Assembly: GCF_964194155.1 (NCBI RefSeq) | Contig: NC_135881.1 | Coordinates: 87,854,001 to 87,918,000 of the forward strand | DNA length: 64,000 nt | Source: Cetorhinus maximus | Lineage: Eukaryota | Reading direction: 5' to 3' | Shown here: in pieces, positions 1 to 12,180 of the stretch | Numbering within the stretch: the stretch's first letter is position 1 | Layout: each line of letters starts with the position of its first letter | The notes under the pieces: generated by a model | Databases searched by the model: none | Seen by the model: the letters and a program-made list of their open reading frames with translations, nothing else | What the model was told of the DNA's origin: nothing | Made by a program: the position numbers and the translations under genes

Positions 1-1200
1 GTCAACTATTCCATGATCTTCAGTTAAGTGCCTCCTGGACAATGGAGTAGTATGGTCAATGGCTGGGGGAATTCTTGCTTTGCCACTGTTCTGTGTTTGA
101 AAGAACTGAAACTCCTGCTCCAGTGTCTAATCTGAAGTTTGTTTTATGCCCTTTGACCATAATGTCTGCATTCTAAAATTCCATTTCATCCTGTAATTTC
201 TCCCAAGAATGGAACCTCTTCATCTTTTTTGACTTCGACTTCTTGAATGCAAGATGGTCTTATCTGTTCCTCCTTCAATTTATGAGTGAGGAGCTTTTTT
301 GTTGTGGCATGCCGATTTAAAATGTCCTCTCCTCTTGCAGGAATGACACTCCGCATTTCTGGCAGGGCAATCTTCACACTGAGGCAGTCTTATCCCATCA
401 CAGCAAGAACATGGTATAATGGTGGCTACTCAGCCCTCTTCACTCTTTCCTTGCTTTGGATTAGGTGCGCTGCTACTTCTGTGTCCTATAAACTGCACTG
501 CCAGCCATTTTCCCCTACAAGAATCCTTTGTCACCTCAAATGAATATCTGATTTTGCTTTCTCACTTCTGCCTGCCTTGTCAATTGCAAAGCCTTCAATA
601 GGGTCAAATCTTCCCTCAATTGCAGAAAAACTGATAACATCCCCAACAACAATGCAATCCTGAATTAATTCATCTTTCAGGTCTTCTCAGCTAATCTATA
701 TAAATCGATAATGAAGGAATCTACATGAGTCAATCAAACTTCAACCTTTCTATAATTGTGTTCCTTCAAAGACTAAAATAAGTACCAAAGGCCCTGATAA
801 CCTCCTTGTATGTCGCCATGTCTTCGTTTATGTTATGTCTGGCCATTACGTTGTCTTCATGACTGCGAATGGCATAGAGTAAGGTATTAGAGTAAGGTAC
901 TGACCTGTTCCTTGCTAGTCTTCTCTGCTAGTTCCAAAACTGTTCTCTACCTGGAAAACCAGTGATGCTAGTTCCGCCACTCCTCAGCCTGATCCAGGCC
1001 TTCCACATGGTCGAAGCACTCTGGTAAAATTGGGCTTTCTCCATGGCTTCTCTTCAGCCTAGCCTTTCTTTGAGTTCTGTAGGCAATGTTCCCATGCTGT
1101 CCTTGTCCTGCAATCATTTCTCCTGCTGCTTCTTCCAATCGTTGGGCTCTTTAATTGTTGCTTTTTCCGTTGTGTCTTCCGCTGTCAGCATCTGTTATCA
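1..1200 (-). mobile_element. Decayed Ty3/Gypsy LTR retrotransposon, gag-protease fragment (runs off left edge)
   Basis: Minus-strand translation gives the gag motif LKDELIQDCIVVG (~642-680), a CCHC knuckle CHSCKRGGHFKSAC (~308-350) and the aspartic protease motif FRLDTGAGVSVL (~105-140). Stops and frameshifts are present. Confidence 0.75.
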
Positions 1201-1223
1201 TCATTGTGAGTCTTAGATGGGGT

Positions 1224-1389
1224 TGTTCATGGTTTGGATTTACAAATACTGCTGGAGGCAAGGCTATTGGTAAACTTTTACAGTACAGGCCTAGAATGAG
1301 GCTCCACAAAGCACTACCTCTCAGCATGCTCTGCTGTCATGTGATCTTACGTCACTAATGATGTGGACTATATATTTACATACTTAACA
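1224..1389 (-). repeat. Possible short LTR of the left-edge Gypsy element
   Basis: TGTT...AACA bounded segment upstream of gag on the minus strand. No partner LTR in the window and no clear PBS. Confidence 0.35.
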
Positions 1390-1720
1390 TTAACTCTTTA
1401 TTCTATAAAACCTACTCCATCGTTCAATATGTTCATGGCTGATCCCCTACCTCAATTCCATTTTCCTTCCTGCTCCCAATATACCTTGAAGATCAAAAAC
1501 CTATTTATCCAGCACTGAATGTACTCAATGATGAAACATCAACAACCCTCAGAGGCAGAGAATTCCAAAGATCTACAACCTCTGAGTAAAGAAATTTCCC
1601 AGTCCTAAATAATCAACCCCTTCTCCTGAGAATGTGCCCCTGTGTTTTAAATTACTCAGGCAGGGAAAATAACCTTTCAGTGCCTACCTTGTCAAACCCC
1701 TTCAGAAACATGTATGCTTC

Positions 1721-1976
1721 TATTGTAGGGTAGCCAGGTGGTGCTATTAATGATAGAGTTGATCTGCAGACACTTCTTGAGTGTAAGCTTTAAGCTTATT
1801 TGTAATATACTGAGCAGCAACTATATGTGTGCTTTCAACTCCAATTCTATCTCCATACTGACTGCTGAGGCAGCCTGCATTACTCTCTCAGTGGTTACTA
1901 CAGATCATGCGATCTTCCTTAATAAGTATTATTCTTAAAGGTATATTGCACACTAAATAAAACCATAATTACTACA
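1721..1976 (-). repeat. 3' LTR of Gypsy element
   Basis: Aligns without gaps to 6505-6760 (39 mismatches in 256 by manual count). Minus-strand start TGTAGT, directly preceded by the PPT. Confidence 0.95.
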
Positions 1977-4900
1977 CTCCTCCCCTTTTAACTCGGCTGT
2001 ATATATTATATTTACAAGTACATATTTTTCAAGACAACATAATATTTATACTGGGTAAGGAATTTACAAGTTCAGTCTTTCAGGTGGTTTCCTGGTACGT
2101 GTGGAATGTCGCAGCTCCACAACTTCAGATTCTTTGTCGGAACCTCCTTTTCTGGAGTTGCCTGAACATCAGGTGTTTCAGTGGGCACTTACAGTTCTGT
2201 ATCCTCAACTCTTACAGGAACATCAGACATGTCAGCCCTGGGCTGAGTATCCTGAACAGAAAATGCAGACCTGGTCATGATCACTGGTGGAACCAAATCT
2301 TGCTGATTTGTCTCTTTCTTCCTTAAATGGTCCACATGTACGGATGATCCAGCCTTCCACCTCCATGTGGTAAGATAGGGGTCCAGTCACCACACTTATT
2401 TGACCCGGTAACCACATTGGTCCTTCCGCAAAGTTCTTCACATATACCGGCTCTCCGACAGTAAATCTCCTCTCGTGACTAGGCCAGTGGTGTCTAGTTT
2501 TCTAGCTTCCCTGACTCCTTTGAACTTTCCCCTCTAAATTCAGCATTATTAAGCTCAACTTCGTTCTGAGACGGCGTTTCAACAATAACTCCGCAGGTGT
2601 GACACCTGTTGTTGTATGAGGGGTAGTCCTGTAATGAAAAAGAAAGTGCGCTAGTTTGGTTTACAAAGAATTGCCAGTTAGCTTTATCATTCCTGCCTTG
2701 GACATTTGAACCGCCCTTTCGGCCAGTTCGTTTGAGGAAGGGTGGTACAGTGCAGTTTTCACATGAATGATATCATGGAGGTTGATAAACCGTTGAAACT
2801 CAGCACTCGTAAACGCCGTGACATTATCGGAAACGATAACTTCTGGTTGTCTATGAATGGCAAAACTCTGACGTAGTTTCTCAGTTGTAGCAGCCAATGT
2901 TGGTAACTTCACCCCAATATACGTCCGACCATTTTGAATGGGCATCAACAATGAGCAGAAATATTGTTCTCAGAGAAGGTCCAATGTAGTCAATGTGTAA
3001 CCGCACCCAGGGTCTCCCCGGCCAGTCCCATGGGCGTAGCGGAGCTGTCAATGGGAACTTCTATAGTTGCTGACATTGCACACAGTGCTTTACTAAACTC
3101 TCTATTTCACCATCCATCCCAGGCCACCATAGATAGCTGCGTGCTATGGTCTTCATTCGGGAAATTCCTGGATGGGCACTGTTTAGTTCAATTAAAGGAG
3201 GCTCCCTTCCTTTTGGGGACCCCACAATAAGATGCCATCTTGAATGGTTATTTCATGTCTTCTGTTGAAGTACGGTTTCATTTCGTCAGATACGGGCTCC
3301 TGTGACCAACCATGTAGCACTTGTTCTCGCACTTGAGATAGAACTGGGCCCCAACTTGTCTAGTCTCTGATCTGTCAAGCACATACCAGCGAGGAATCCA
3401 AGAAATTTAACAGTAAAACAAGTTCCTGTGGAACTGGGACGTGCTCATCATTTTCTTGTAAAGGCAAATTACTAAGGGCATTGGTGTTTGTGATTTGATT
3501 TCCAGGCCTATGTATGAATGTGTATTTGTATGCTGCCAGAATTAAGGCCCATCATATTATTCTTGCTGAGGCTATGGGTGGTGTAGCCTTGTCCTCAGTA
3601 AACAATCCTAGCAATGTTTTGTGGTCTGAAATAATTGTAAAATGACGGCCATGTACGCACTGGTAAAATATCTTGACACCAAAGATGATGGACAGGCCTT
3701 CTTTTTCTATCTGTGAGAATTCCTTTTCCGTTGTGGTGAGCGTTCTTGATACATAGCCTATAGAATGTTCTGTGCCGTCGTCCATCCAATGAGTGACCAC
3801 TGCTCCCACACCGTAGGGAGATGCATCACATGTCAGCACCAACTCTTTTGTCTGGTCAGAATGCACTAATAGATTGGACGGGTTCAACAATTGTTTCACC
3901 TTTATGAAAGCTCCCTTCTGCGTGCCCCCCAAGACAAATGTTGGTTCTTTTTGAGTAGAGAATGAAGGGGGGTCAGCACTGAAGACAGATTGGGTAAGAA
4001 ACGCCCATAATAGTCGATCATTCCGAGGAATAATTTGAGCTCTGAGGCGTTCTTTGGTGCAGGTGTCTCTCTCATGGCACTGACTTTCTCCTCAACCAGG
4101 TGGAGGCCCTGTGAATCTAGCCAGTGACCCAAATAGATTGCCTCCCTCACCTGGCACATGCACGTTTCTTTTTTTAAACGCACCCCAGCTTGCAAGAAAT
4201 GTTTTAGAAGACTTCTAAGCTTTCCAAATGCTCTTTTTCAGTCAATCCTGTCAACAATACATCATCTAAATAGACTGCAACCTGGGGCAGTCCTGCAGTA
4301 AGCTTTCCATTGTTCTCCGAAAGATGGCACAATCGGAGGAGACACCGAAAGGCAATCATGTATATTGGTACAACCCTTTGTGGGAATTAATTGTGACAAA
4401 TCCCCGGGAGGCATTATCCAACTCTAATTGTTGATAAGCATGACTCATGTCAAGCTTTTTGTACATTGTCCCTCCTGCCAGCTTGGATTTTTGGAATGGA
4501 GTGCCTGTCTAGCATAACTACTTTAATAACTGTCAGGTTGTGGTCTCCACAAATTTGGAATCTTTGATCGGGTTTAAGGAAGGAGACTTTGGGTGTTGCC
4601 CATTCTGAGAACCGAACAGGTTGTATAACGCCCAGCTTCTCCAGTCTGTTCAGTTCAATATCGACTTTTTCTTGCAGTCTATATGGCACCGGTCTCGCCT
4701 TCATGAAGCGAGGGGTTGCTTCCGGATCCACATGAATCTTGGCCTGCAGGCCCTGGATTTTCCCCAGTTCATCGTTAAAAACAGTGGTGTACTTTCTAAG
4801 TAGCTCTGGGAGCCCACTTGCTCTCAACTGGAAAATTTCAGCCCATTCTAACTTAATCTCCTTTAACCAATTTCACCCAGGATGCTTGGACCTTCACCTG

Positions 4901-5708
4901 CTACCACCATCAAGGGTGGCTTTGCCAATTGGCATCCAAAATGGACAGTTACTCTGCTTCTGCTTTTTACTTGAATGTCTTCACCGGTATATGTTTTTAG
5001 CTTGGTTGCTGTTTCTTCTAAACTTAACTGATGTTCACTATTATTTGAAGATCTGATGGTATGTTCCCCAATTACTGTGGTGGAAGCTCCCGTGTCCACT
5101 TCCATTCTAACAGGTTTGCCATTTACTTTCACTGTGACAAATATTGGTTCTGTCTTTCCAACTTTCTGATTAAACAATGAGTAAATATCAGAATCTGTTG
5201 TTTCAGGCTCTTCTACATTGTAGATTTCATTGGGTTTCTTCTTTTGTTTACAAGCCTGCTTGAATCTTTCCTTGCATTGCCTCATTTTATGTCCATTTCT
5301 ATGACAATAGCAGCATTCGATTTTTTTAAACTGCCAGTCGTGAATAGACTGATTGTTTCCACCTCTATTAAAATTATTCTTTGATTTCACTGCTAAGTTA
5401 TTTTTCTTAATTCTTCAGCTAACGGGGACTGTTTCCTGCTTTTCGGCAGAGTCTTGCTTTTTCGTGCCTCTTTCAGCTGAGGTTTTCCACCCAGTGTGGA
5501 GGACGGCACCATTTTTCACAACCTGTATTGCTTTGGAATCTCTCACTGCACTTTCCATGGCCAACACTATCTCTAGCGCCTTCTTGAAATCCAGATTCAC
5601 TTCGGATAAAAACAAAAAACTGCGTATGCTGGAAATCCAAAACAAAAACAGAAACAGAAATGCCTGGAAAAACTCAGCAAGTCTGGCAGCATCGGCGGAG
5701 GAGAGCAC

Positions 5709-5747
5709 AGTTGACGTTTCGAGTCCCCATGACCCTTCAACAGAACT
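5709..5747 (-). ncRNA. Minimal type I hammerhead ribozyme-like motif (variant core)
   Basis: AGUU-CUGUUGA-A-GGGUC-AUGGG-GACUC-GAAA-CGUC-AACU: stem I, core, stem II, GAAA, palindromic ACGU stem III and a GUC cleavage triplet. The core reads CUGUUGA instead of CUGANGA. Confidence 0.6.
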
Positions 5748-5820
5748 AAGTAAAAATAGGAAAGGGGTGAAATATTTGCCTTAAACCAGCTTATATTTCA
5801 CCCCTTTCCTATTTTTACTT

Positions 5821-5859
5821 AGTTCTGTTGAAGGATCATGAGGACTCGAAGCGTCAACT
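5821..5859 (+). ncRNA. Second, more degenerate hammerhead-like motif (mirror copy)
   Basis: agtt-ctgttga-a-ggatc-atgag-gactc-gaag-cgtc-aact; GAAA is changed to GAAG. Confidence 0.45.
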
Positions 5860-6504
5860 GTGCTCTCCTCCGCCGATGCTGCCAGACCTGCTGAGTTTTT
5901 CCAGGTATTTCTGTTTCTGTTTTGTTTTCACTTTGGATACTTCGGATAATAATCTTTTCTGAATAATCTCCTCTTTCACACCACACACTAAATGATCTCT
6001 GAGCAAGTTGTTCAGAGTCGCATCAAACTCACAATGTTCCATTAACTGCTTCAGATTTGCAAAGTAGCATGCAATTGGCTCTATTTCACTAATTAAACCT
6101 GAACCTCTGAACCGTGACTGAGGACTTGAAAGTGAACCTTCACGAGGTCCACCAATTCATCAAAATTCTTTGAACCTGGGGCACTGGGTGCCATCAAACT
6201 TTAAATCAGTCTGTAGGTTTTGCTCCCACAAGTACTCAAGAGGATTGCTCACCTCTTCTCTTCCCCCGTAATCTTGTTTACTTGAAAAAAGAATGTGAGA
6301 CGTTCTATGTGTTGAGACCAATCGTCTGTGGCAGGTTCAAAAGGATCAATTCTCCCAAAGTGTGGCATTTTGATAGGGGATAATTTCTTCAATTCTAACG
6401 GAGCTGGCCACTTACAATCACTGGGCGAGGAACAGTGCCTATTTCTTTTTATTTCTCTTTATTGGTTTCTCCTGTTCAATCCTGTTTAATCCTTGTTGTC
6501 AGTT

Positions 6505-6760
6505 TGTTATAGGGTGGCTGAGTTGTGCTATTAATGATAGAGTTGATCTGCACACACTTTTTGGGTGGAAACATTAAGTTTATCTACAAAACGCTCAGCA
6601 GCAACTACATGTGTGCTTTCAACTCCAACTCTATCTCTATGCTGACTGCTGAGGTAGCCTGGGCTACTCTCCCATTGGTTTATACAGATCATGTGATCTT
6701 CCTTAACAAGTATTATTCTTAAAGGCACATTGTACACTAAATAAAACCATAATTACTATA
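6505..6760 (-). repeat. 5' LTR of Gypsy element
   Basis: Direct repeat of 1721-1976. On the minus strand it is followed by tgacaacaaggat, resembling the PBS TGGCGACGAGGAT. Confidence 0.95.
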
Positions 6761-7029
6761 GTTTCAGTAACCTCTCATTATTCTAAATTCCAGAGTATAG
6801 ACCTAATTTGCTCAGTTTATCATCATAGGGCAACCCATTCACCCCAGGAACCAGTCTAGTGGACTTTTGCTGTGGCGCCTAGAAAGGAAATATACCCTTC
6901 GTTAGAAATGGAGATCAAAACAGATATGGCCGAACCAAAGCCCTGTACAATTGTAGCAAGATTTTCTTATTTTTGGCACTCCAATCCCTTTGCAGTAAAG
7001 GGCAACATGTCATTTGAGGACATGATTGT

Positions 7030-7500
7030 TTTTAAATTTATTCATTCATGGGGTATTGGCTTTGCTGGCTAGGCCAGCTCTTATTGCCCATCCCTAATTG
7101 CCCTTGAGAAGGATGGTGGTGAGCCACCTTCTTGAACCGCTGCATTCTGTTTGGTGCTGTTAGTGAGGGAGGAGAACCTGCAGGTAGTGGTGTTCTCATA
7201 AATCTGCTGCCCTTGTATTTCTAGGTGGCAGAGGTTGTGGATTTGGAAGGTGCTGTCGAGGGAGCTTTGGTAAGCTGCTGCAGTGCATCTTGTAGATAGC
7301 ACACTGCTGACACTGTGCATTGGTGATGGAAGGAGTGAATGCTTTAAGGTGGTGGATGGGTGCCAATCAAGCAGGCTGCTTTGCCCTAGATGGTGTCGAG
7401 CTTCTTGAGTATGGTTGGAGCAGCACTCATCCAGGCAAGTGGAGAGTATTCCATCACACTCGTGACTTAAACCTTGTTGCTGGTGGACAGGCTTTGGGGA
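7030..7500 (-). mobile_element. L2/CR1-superfamily LINE (family B) 3' fragment
   Basis: Same 3' end (gggatgggcaataa...atgaatgaataaa) as copies at 13060-13680, 44445-47110 and 49908-50820. Confidence 0.8.
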
Positions 7501-8406
7501 GTCTGCAAAGAGATATAGATAGGCAAAGTGAGTGGGCAAAAATTTTGCAGATGGAGTTTAATGTGGGAAAATGTGAGGTTGTCCATTTTGGTGGGAAGGA
7601 TAAAAAAAGATTACTTAAATGGAGAGAGACTGCAGAATGCTGAGGTACAGAGGGGCCTGGGTGTCCTCCTATATGAATCAGTTCACATGCAAGTACAGTA
7701 AGTAATATGGAAGGCAAATGGAATGTTGGCCTTTATTGCAAGGGGGATGGAGTATGAATGTAGGGAAGTCTTGCTGCAGCCTTTTAGGGCATTGGTGAGA
7801 CCACACCTGGTGAACTGTGGACAGCTTTGATCTCCTTATTTAAGGAGGGGCATACTTACATTGGAGATAGTTCAGAGGAGGTTCACTAGGTTGATTCCTG
7901 GAATGAAGAGGTTGTCTTAGTAGGAAAGGTTGAGCAGGTTGGGCCTATATTCATTGGAGTTTAGAAGATTGAGAGGTGATCTTATTGAAAAGTATGAAAT
8001 TCATGGGGGGCGCTTGACAGGATAGATGCTGAGAGGATGTTTCCCCTTGTGAGGGAATCTAGAACTGATGGCATAATTTGAAAATAAGAGGTCTCCCATT
8101 TAAGATGGAGATGAAGAGGAATTTCTTACCTCAGAGAGTTGTTAGGAATTCTGTTCCCCAGGGAGCAGTGTGTCTTTAAATACACTCAAATCTGAGTTTG
8201 ACAGAGTTAAGGGCTATTGGGGGGGGACTGCAAGGGGCCGGGGCGGGGGGGTGGTGAGGTTGGCAATGGGAGTGGGGGGAGCAGGCAGAAAAGTGGAATT
8301 TAGGCCACAACACAATCAGGTCAGTCACGATCTTATTGAATGACGGTGCAGACTCAAGGGGTCAAATTGTGGAGCAGGCTTGAGGGGCCCAAAACTTATG
8401 TTCTTA
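7501..8406 (+). mobile_element. CR1 (HER1-type) LINE 3' fragment
   Basis: LQRDIDR...QMEFNVGKCEVVHFG and the downstream RRLRGDLIE-type CR1 ORF2 C-terminus; tail cttatgttctta. Confidence 0.85.
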
Positions 8407-9532
8407 CTTGATTTCCTAATTGATTTTTGTACCTACATACGCATATTCTGGGTTTCTTATACGAGTACTCCCATGTATCTCTGAACATCAACATTTAGAA
8501 GCTTTGCCCCTTTTAACAAATATTCTGCTTTTCTATTTTTATTGTCAATGACCTCACACTTCCCTATGCTGTACTCCATCTGCCGCTTATTGCCCATTCA
8601 CTTAACCTGTCTGTATCTATTTGCAGCCTTTTTGTGTCCTCCTCATAGCTTATATTTCCATCTAACTTTGTCTTAACAGCAAATTTGGATACATGTTTAT
8701 AATATAGATTGTAAATAGCAGAGGCCCCAGCACTGATCCTTGCTGCAAACCACTGGTTCTAGTCTGCCAGCTTGAAAATGCCCTCTATTTCCTGCCCATT
8801 AACCAATCCTCCATCCATGCTAATATATTATCCCCAACTAGCCCTTATCTTGCATATTAACATTTTATATGGCATCTTATTGAATGCCTTATGAAAATTC
8901 AAGTATATTCTCCTAGCTGCACTCTAGCTACTCTACTGGTTACATCCTTAAAAATCCCTCATAACTTTGACAACCATAATTTCCCTTGTAGAACATAAGG
9001 ACATTTTGGAAAATCATAACCAGTGCATCCACTACCTCTGCAGCTACCTCTTTTACAGCCTAGGATATAGGCCATGAAATCCAGGGATTTGTTGACTTTT
9101 AGTTCCTTAAGTTTCTCTCACACTTTTTTACTGCAGATATTAATTACTTTCAGTTTCTCACTCATATTAGCCCCAGATTATCCTCTATTTCTGGTATGTA
9201 ATTTGTGTCCTCTGCTGTGAAGACAGACACAAAATATTTGTTCAACGTCTCTCACACTTCCTCATTTCCAATGATAATTTTGCTTGACTCTCTAAGGGAC
9301 CAATGTTTACTTTAGCTACTTTCCTTTGTATATACATGTAAAAGTTCTTACGGTCCATTTTTATATTTCTGGCTAGTTTACTGTCATATTCTATTTTTTT
9401 CCCTTTATACCAACTTTTTGATTGCCCTTTCTTTGTTTCTCAATCTTCCCTAATCCTCAAGCTTGCTACTGTTCTTAGCAACATTATAAGCCTCTCCTTT
9501 TAATTTAATATTATCCTTAATTTCCTAATTAA

Positions 9533-10650
9533 GGCCAGAATTTCCCGACCCCATTGGCATCTGGCATCATGGTGGGCTGGGGGGGATGATATGGGGAGGA
9601 GGCCAAAAATTGGTATCACACGTCGTGGAACAAGCTTGCTATCATCCTGCCAATGGCGGGCTGTGTTTCCCGCCATTGCATGTCAGGAACTTAATTTCAA
9701 TGCTTCAACATCTCTTTATAAGCCCTGCTCGCCGGGATCATCCCCCCATGCTAGATCATCCTGACACGTTGGTGTGATTGCACGCTGACATGTTTCACAA
9801 CTGTACATAAGCAATGTGCACCCGGGTAGCAGCCATTCACCTGGGACTTTGAAGCTTGTTTGCCCACCTTGCTTCAGAGCGCACTCCCAGCCATCAGCAC
9901 CAGGCTTCTCAGGCAGCACCACATCACTTTTCAGAGGGCTCATGGTCAGGTCTCTACCTACCAGACCAGCCATAAGACGGGTGTGGCTTTTCAATGGCTG
10001 CAGGGTTAGGGCTTCCATGAGGAAGGGGGAGAAGTGGCCTCAGGCAAGGGAAAAGGCTGCAGGATGAAGGCTGTACTGGGGTAGGGGCGGTTTCCCAGGG
10101 TGTGTGTGGGGGCACGTGTTGATCTGTGCAAGTGATCACAAGATGGAGAGGGCTGAGGAAGCAGTCTCCAGGGGAGATGAGGCTAGATGGAGATGTGAGG
10201 ACATGTGTGAGAGAGTGAATGGTGATGTCCCTTGAGTGGCAGTGATTGAGATATCAGTAAATGTGTGATGGCCTTGTGAGTGTGTGAGTTTAGAGTGATG
10301 AGATGGTTGCCTTACCCTGGTGGCACAGATGAGAATATTCATCCTCTTTCTGCACTAGATGGCCAACCTCTTGTGTGCATCGCTGGCACTGATCATTCCT
10401 GCCACTGACTCCCAAGTCAGAGTGGTGAGACTGCTGGGCCTCCTGGGGTCAGAGTGGGGGTAGAGGACATCACGATGGGCTTCCATGGCGTCCAGAAGGC
10501 AATCCAGGGATGTGTCACTGAATTGGGGGGCTGCAGTCTTCTTGGCTTTTGGGGCCATGTCTTCATCAGAGCAGCCCTGAGAAGTGTGCGTGCAGCTGCA
10601 GTTTAAATATGGCGCCCTGTGTGAGGAAGCGGCGAGGTAATGGCATGGCG
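9533..10650 (-). mobile_element. Non-autonomous Harbinger derivative carrying only a Myb/SANT first exon
   Basis: TAA then TIR ggccagaattt at 9533. Minus-strand exon 10558-10316 reads MAPKAKKTAAPQFSD...WESVA...I*CRKRMNILICATR and ends at gtaag. It is the reverse-complement homolog of 60451-61610. Confidence 0.75.
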
Positions 10651-10983
10651 GGTAAGATCAACTAGAGGGAAGATCAGAGTCCGGACAAAGGGGCGATTAG
10701 AGGCAAGAGGGAATATCGGAGACTGGGATCGGGAGCAGATGGAAGTCCTTGGGTAGGAAATCAGAAGATTCAGGTGATAAGAACAGTTGGGCAGAGATTA
10801 GAGAAGTCATGGAAGAGAGGGAGAGGTCAGAAGGGTTGAGGGAGATCGGAAAGGTCGGCTGGGGGTGTCTGATCATGGGGTGTTGGTGAAGCAGGTAAAC
10901 TGGATCCAGCAGATAAAAGGAAAGGCTCTTAATCTCCAGGATCCAGCTGTTCTCATTGCCCCATTGCACCACATTGGCAGCCT

Positions 10984-12180
10984 GGGCCAGAATTTTTCAC
11001 TCATTGGGTGGGTGCATGCCCAACCCGAACAAGTGTAAAATGATGTACAATGATGTTGGGTGAGCGTCCCGACGTCATTGTGCACTCGCTGAATTGGTCT
11101 ACCAACAATTAACAGGCCTATTAAGGCCATTGACGATCTAATTGAATTAAAATTTTCACTGCCCGTCCAGCCTTATGGTTGGCAGGCAGGCAAAAAGCAA
11201 AATGGTCAAGCGGCCTTTGGATTTTTTGCAAAACCTCAGCTGCGGGTGGGATGAGGCTTCATTCTGTCATTAAAAAAAAATTCATATTAATTTCTAACAT
11301 GTCCCTGCTCAAGTGATAGAGTCACATGACGGAACATGTTTTTTAACATTTTAAAGTTCTTCATTTTTCATTTTCAAAGATCACCATGACCAGAATTTTT
11401 TGCTCGCTGGGTGGGCGCGTGCCTGAATGAGCGTAAAATGGCACACGATGACTTCAGGTGAATGTCCCAACGTCATCGCACACTCGCACGATATTTCAGT
11501 CGGCGGGCATGGGCAAGAGTCAGCAACGCGCCCGCTGGAAATTAACAGGCCTATTAAGGCCATGAAAGTCCCAATTGAATTAAAGTTTTTGCTGCCCATC
11601 CAGCCTTACGGTTGGGAGCCAGGAAAAAAGGCAAAGCGGCCTTTGGATTTTTTAGGAAGCCTCATCCACTGGTGAGATCAGGTTTCCAACAGCAATTAAA
11701 AATTAAATAAAAATTGTAAAGTTTCATTAATAACATGTCCCTGCACATGTGATAGCGTCACATGAGCGAACATATTTTTTAACATTTTAAAATTCTTTAT
11801 TTTTAATATTTAAAATCTTCATCGCCCTGAGGCAGCTCTGTGCCTCAGGGAGCTTTTCCTGCGCGCATCCGAGTGCATGCATGAAGTTCCCTGATCTCCC
11901 TCTTCCCCCTTCCACACAGGCAGCGCTGAGCGCTGCAGCATGCGTTTCATACTGGGCGACCCTTAATTGACCTACCAGTGTGAAATCATGGTCAGGCCGC
12001 GATTGCGGGCGGCGGTCGTCTTTCTGACCGTTCCAGCCGATGCCAGCTAGCCTCTCCATCCTGCCTCCACTAAAACTCAAAGTGGGTGGGAGGCGGATTG
12101 GGCTTGGAATACAGATTTTTAACATTTCAATGTGCCACCAGGCCCAAACTCACCTATTTTTGAGGGGTAAAATCCATCCT
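10984..12180. mobile_element. Two adjacent Harbinger-type MITE copies (10984-~11380 and ~11388-12180)
   Basis: Both start with a g(g/a)ccagaatttt TIR, are mutually homologous, match the 22740-23015 end of the Harbinger element and carry the central acatgtccc...acatgtt palindrome. Confidence 0.75.

Larger units (their letters stand above)
5610..5938. mobile_element. Penelope-like (PLE) terminal-repeat fold-back insertion in gag
   Basis: ~137-bp inverted arms (5639-5775 / 5793-5928) around a 17-nt loop, flanked by an 11-bp duplication acttcggataa (5599-5609, 5939-5949). Removing it restores gag KRLLSEVNLDFKKAL. The PLE assignment rests on the hammerhead motif and recalled similarity to fish and shark PLE ends. 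Confidence 0.75.
2100..6368 (-). pseudogene. Disrupted gag-pol of Gypsy element
   Basis: ORF fragments 5854-6042, 4863-5390, 4450-4827, 3902-4195, 3552-3932 and 2661-2951 are consecutive gag/PR/RT/RH/IN pieces broken by stops, frameshifts and an insertion. Confidence 0.9.
1721..6760 (-). mobile_element. Full-length decayed Ty3/Gypsy (Mag-like) LTR retrotransposon
   Basis: Two 256-bp LTRs (1721-1976, 6505-6760), near-TSD gcttc/gtttc, polypurine tract AAAAGGGGAGGAG at 1977-1989 and a degenerate PBS next to 6504. Domain order is gag (ATG 6368, CCYCHRNGHKMRQC), PR (VDTGAS), RT (YLDD 4261-4272), RNase H (CDASPYG), IN (SDN...ELAER). Confidence 0.95.
1390..9530 (-). mobile_element. Old CR1 (HER1-type) LINE, fragmented; host of later insertions
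   Basis: Antisense CR1 ORF2/3' sequence is collinear across 1390-1720, 6761-7020 and ~8407-9530, interrupted by the Gypsy element and two other LINE pieces. Confidence 0.65.

Noticed and set aside
1738-6722. Duplicated small ORFs 1738-1938 and 6525-6722 as paralogous peptides
   Set aside because: They are antisense readings of the two LTRs with non-ATG starts.
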